The notes beneath the pieces were generated by a model. The model was not told the origin of the DNA. It did no database searches and saw only the letters and a program-made list of their open reading frames with translations. Below, piece by piece: positions 29,395 through 32,745 of a DNA stretch of 32,745 nt (positions within the stretch are counted from its first letter, which is position 1; each line of letters starts with the position of its first letter). The stretch covers positions 1 to 32,745 of the forward strand of contig JASJQH010000080.1 of the NCBI GenBank assembly GCA_040143965.1, in the 5' to 3' direction. The stretch comes from Basidiobolus ranarum. Its lineage: Eukaryota. Made by a program: the position numbers and the translations under genes.

Positions 29395-31810
29395 CGCCTC
29401 TACAAAAGAGGACAATAGAGTGTTAGACGCCACTTTGGGCTAATCGCCAACGCAGGAATAGTAGGTATTTGGCGCGGTGTATGCTACAAAGCAGTGTAAA
29501 AAGAATAGAGGGTGTGTGAACGGATAATACAATCAATGCAACTTCCAAGGTAATATTGAGGAAAGTACACCAAGTAAATACACTACTTGTGTACTAGAAG
29601 AGTAACCCAAGTAAAAGAGAGAAAATCCTCACCTCCAAAGTATCAATTCATGGTTTTATCTTTGTTTTCCTAGTGCCCTCATGCACTTTACCCCCCACCA
29701 CTAAATTCCGCCAATGATCTGGTTTTGAGATTATCAATTGCACTGATAATCGCTAAACGAGATCAGTGGGAATGCGAAGGGTGTGGAAAGGGAAGGGAAT
29801 GGGGAATTCTATTCCCTATTTCCTATTTCATCATTCTATGCGATCCACTCCGAGATCTGGCACATAGGTGAAGATCTTGATTATTATTCATCTAATGATA
29901 TGATATCATTGGCCCTTGAACTCTAATTTGTACCTAGAGGGGTGTAAAGTTGGATGAATATACTTTACAAGTAAGCTCTCGTATATATATATATAGCTAT
30001 TGGTTAATGCACACTTAATACAAAATGACCATCTCATTTTAAAGTCCGTAATCAAGTAACTTTTGGTGAATATTCTGTTACTGTTATTTGCAGCATTACA
30101 TGATGCATTTACAGTCACAGCATAGAGTACAATTTAATGGGATTGGATTGCTTTTGGTTAGTAGGATTACATGCACTGGCCCAAAAATTTCTGTGCTTAG
30201 ACGATATTATCACTAGGGTTAGGGTTATATATTCGTACTTGACTCTAGTAATATATGCACAGTTAATATTGTACCTGATTGATAGCAACCAGGATAGATT
30301 CATACCCTGATTTATCAATTATTTCAACACAATGAGGATTTGCATAGATCTTCAGAGTCATACGTGTAGGACTAATACATACACTCTCTCACATCAGTAA
30401 ACACCCTACTTTCATTAGCTACACAGGTTGAGGAGAGATTATGATGACTGGGAATCAAAGCTAGAAACACTTTTTCCAACACTAAAACTATTTCATTAGT
30501 AGCAACTAAAGTCCATAGTCTCTAATACCTCACAGTGTTTACTCTAATATGTTGGCTATGTGAAGGTATCTTTGCCTCATTTTAAGGCCCCTGCTCACTA
30601 AAAAATGTTGGACAAACTCAATATCAGGTTTGAGAGATGTCATAGGGTGCGTTTGAGGGCTAATAATTAATCAACAACAATTGTGAAATTTGCAGTTTTA
30701 GGAGCAATATATTGCGTTAACCAATGAAATTTTGGTTGGAATACATGTAGAAGTCAAATACTTCATCTTGGGGTTAATCAGGAAGAATTTAAATTTTCAA
30801 CTCTATGTTCTATTCTAGATAACTCGAATGTAAATGAATGTAGGATTCAATTTTGAACTAATTGTGAGGAGGGCTAAGTAACTTCACTATGATATTTAAT
30901 ATAGCCCAATGTGAAACTCTAGGCATACTACAAAAGGAAAAAGCAAAATACTGTGCTACTTATGAGCTTCAGTCACTAAATGTCATTTTGTCAGCTGCTT
31001 TTGCAACAGCTAGAAACAGCTCATGTACCATAAAACTGTATCTGATTTTAAAAACTGGACATCACTATCAACATATTTAAAAGCACACCAGTACACTTAA
31101 TTGAATTGTTATCTCACATGCATTCTGGAAATGCTCATGTCTCTGCATTCACTCCATATATTAACTCATTATCCATCATAAAGCCTAAGTAGAGCCCAAA
31201 TAGTAGTTTTTGATACCAAAGTGCTCTACTACTCTGGGTGGCATCTGTTAAAATTAATGTAGCCTAAGCATCTATATAGTCACATATAGCTTAGTATTTA
31301 CTTATTACCACAAGTCATATAATCACCTTCTGGTGTATATTATAATATTATAACTCAATTGCTTATTCTAACCAGTAAGCCTCTTTTGTACTATTTTATT
31401 ATCGCGAAATGAATAGATGTATTGTGTATGCATGTTGATGAAGAAATAGCTCGATTATTTGTGAGTGGCAGCCTCAGTCATACTATTCCAAAGCATATTA
31501 TTGATTGAAAACTCCAACTGCTTCTCACTCTATCAGGCATAAAGCAGCTTTGTATAGAGTAGCAAATGAAAATGAGAGGTAACTATATATATAAATACAT
31601 AGGTTTTAGTGAAGGGCCTGGGTTCAATTCCCAGTTGAGTCTACTATACTATATATTCTCATTGTCTTGGTCAGATTTTGCGAAGGGATTTCAAAGGATG
31701 ATTTGTGATCGTGCCTCACTAGCCTTAATGTTGTGGAGTATATAATAATGCCAATACACCTCATCACATGAAATTCCAAGTACAAGCCACTCGTAGTAAT
31801 TTCTAACACA

Positions 31811-32157
31811 TCAAGTTCCGACAGTTTTACTCATGTCACTGGTAAGACAAATACAGATGCAAGTATGCTTTTGCCTCCCTATTTGATACGAGATAGGACT
31901 TTTAACTTCCAAAGGGAAAAATATGCTTGCCAAACAGGTAAAATTAGTATTCAAACTATACCGACTGAGTGTATCGGTAACAATGCACATGTGTATAAAA
32001 TTCGATAATATTTTCCAAAAAACGTAATTGATTTTCTGACATGGCTCCATTACTGAATCATGAGAAACAAATAACGCATTGAGATTCCATCAAAAAAATG
32101 AGCTTATTACTTACCTGGGAAGATATCAAGGCAAATGAATGCCGGGAATAGTTTCAT
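31811..32157 (-). pseudogene. Possible spliced small ORF or decayed secreted-protein gene
   Basis: ATG at 32157 (MKLFPAFICLDIFP), consensus donor CAG|GTAAGT at 32114, 62-nt intron ending TTCAG at 32053, joins in frame to ORF 32050-31811. No recognisable family. Confidence 0.25.
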
Positions 32158-32616
32158 TTTCTTGTTCGTAAACAACCATTATAGAAATGATTAACCCGAA
32201 CATCAGGATTTAGGGGAAATATATGTGATAAAATAGAACTAGTAATATATTCTTCATAAGCCCTTCTTTAAGCTACATTTGGAATGCTTTTCATCAGGAG
32301 AAACCAGTTAGTTGGTGAGACGGGGCTGCAATGGATAATAAAAGTTTGTGTAACAATAATGGCGCAAGCTGCGTGTGAAGTGTTGTTATAGTGACTGGCT
32401 TTTGCCTGTGAATAATACCCAGTTACGCTTTGTGAGTAGAGCCCAACAGGGAAATGAGATTTGAAACAAGTCAAATGACTTGCAGACTAATAAAAATGCA
32501 CTTTCGATATCTAGATAATGAGGTAATCAGTTATATTGAAAGCATATAAAATATGGCATAAGTTGAACAATATCTCATTAACTACTTCAGCGCTACTACC
32601 TTGGTTTCGGACAACA

Positions 32617-32745
32617 ATGGTCAACATTCACATTCTTACAATCGGCTCACTAATTGCTGTGCTTTTAGCTATACCAATCTCTGAAGCTCAAATCGTTGAT
32701 GTTTCCAACCGTTACATTGTCAAGATCAAAGAAGGAGCTGACTCT
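32617..32745 (+). CDS. 5' end of a secreted protein, probably a subtilisin-like (S8) protease with I9 propeptide (partial)
   Basis: MVNIHILTIGSLIAVLLAIPISEA-QIVDVSNRYIVKIKEGADS: signal peptide then the NRYIVK.K motif typical of I9 prodomains; TATAAAA at 32545-32551. Confidence 0.7.
   Translation, partial: MVNIHILTIGSLIAVLLAIPISEAQIVDVSNRYIVKIKEGADS

Noticed and set aside
29564-29596. Short hairpin AGTACACCAAGTA...TACTTGTGTACT upstream of the Myb-like gene
   Set aside because: Only about 12 bp with a bulge; could arise by chance in AT-rich DNA.
32107-32119. U1 snRNA (TACTTACCTGG)
   Set aside because: No U1 stem-loop I or Sm site follows; better explained as a minus-strand 5' splice site.

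Overview
Eukaryotic, intron-rich, AT-rich genomic DNA from a fungus, most likely an early-diverging lineage (Zoopagomycota/Mucoromycota-like; inferred from ~60-80 nt introns, a coilin orthologue and retained minor introns). Genes reconstructed by hand from exons, in order: 3' end of a GPI-anchored Ser/Pro-rich protein, malate dehydrogenase with mitochondrial presequence, HOG1 MAPK, WW-MyTH4-RhoGAP (ARHGAP39-like), glutamine-dependent NAD+ synthetase, a 47-aa secreted peptide not in the ORF track, ORM1/ORMDL, coilin, a PWWP/Tudor-like protein, Rab6/Ypt6, a probably GPI-anchored alginate/glucuronan lyase, Sec61-beta, a divergent forkhead protein, a Myb/SANT-like coiled-coil protein, and the start of a probable secreted subtilisin. 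The most notable signals are three U12-type (minor spliceosome) introns among about 68 introns (two AT-AC in the RhoGAP, one GT-AG in Rab6), a ~540-bp fold-back with a near-perfect internal 116-bp stem (candidate hairpin small-RNA locus), the small secreted peptide gene, and a ~1-kb CpG-depleted block. Exon coordinates were read manually and may be off by a few bases.
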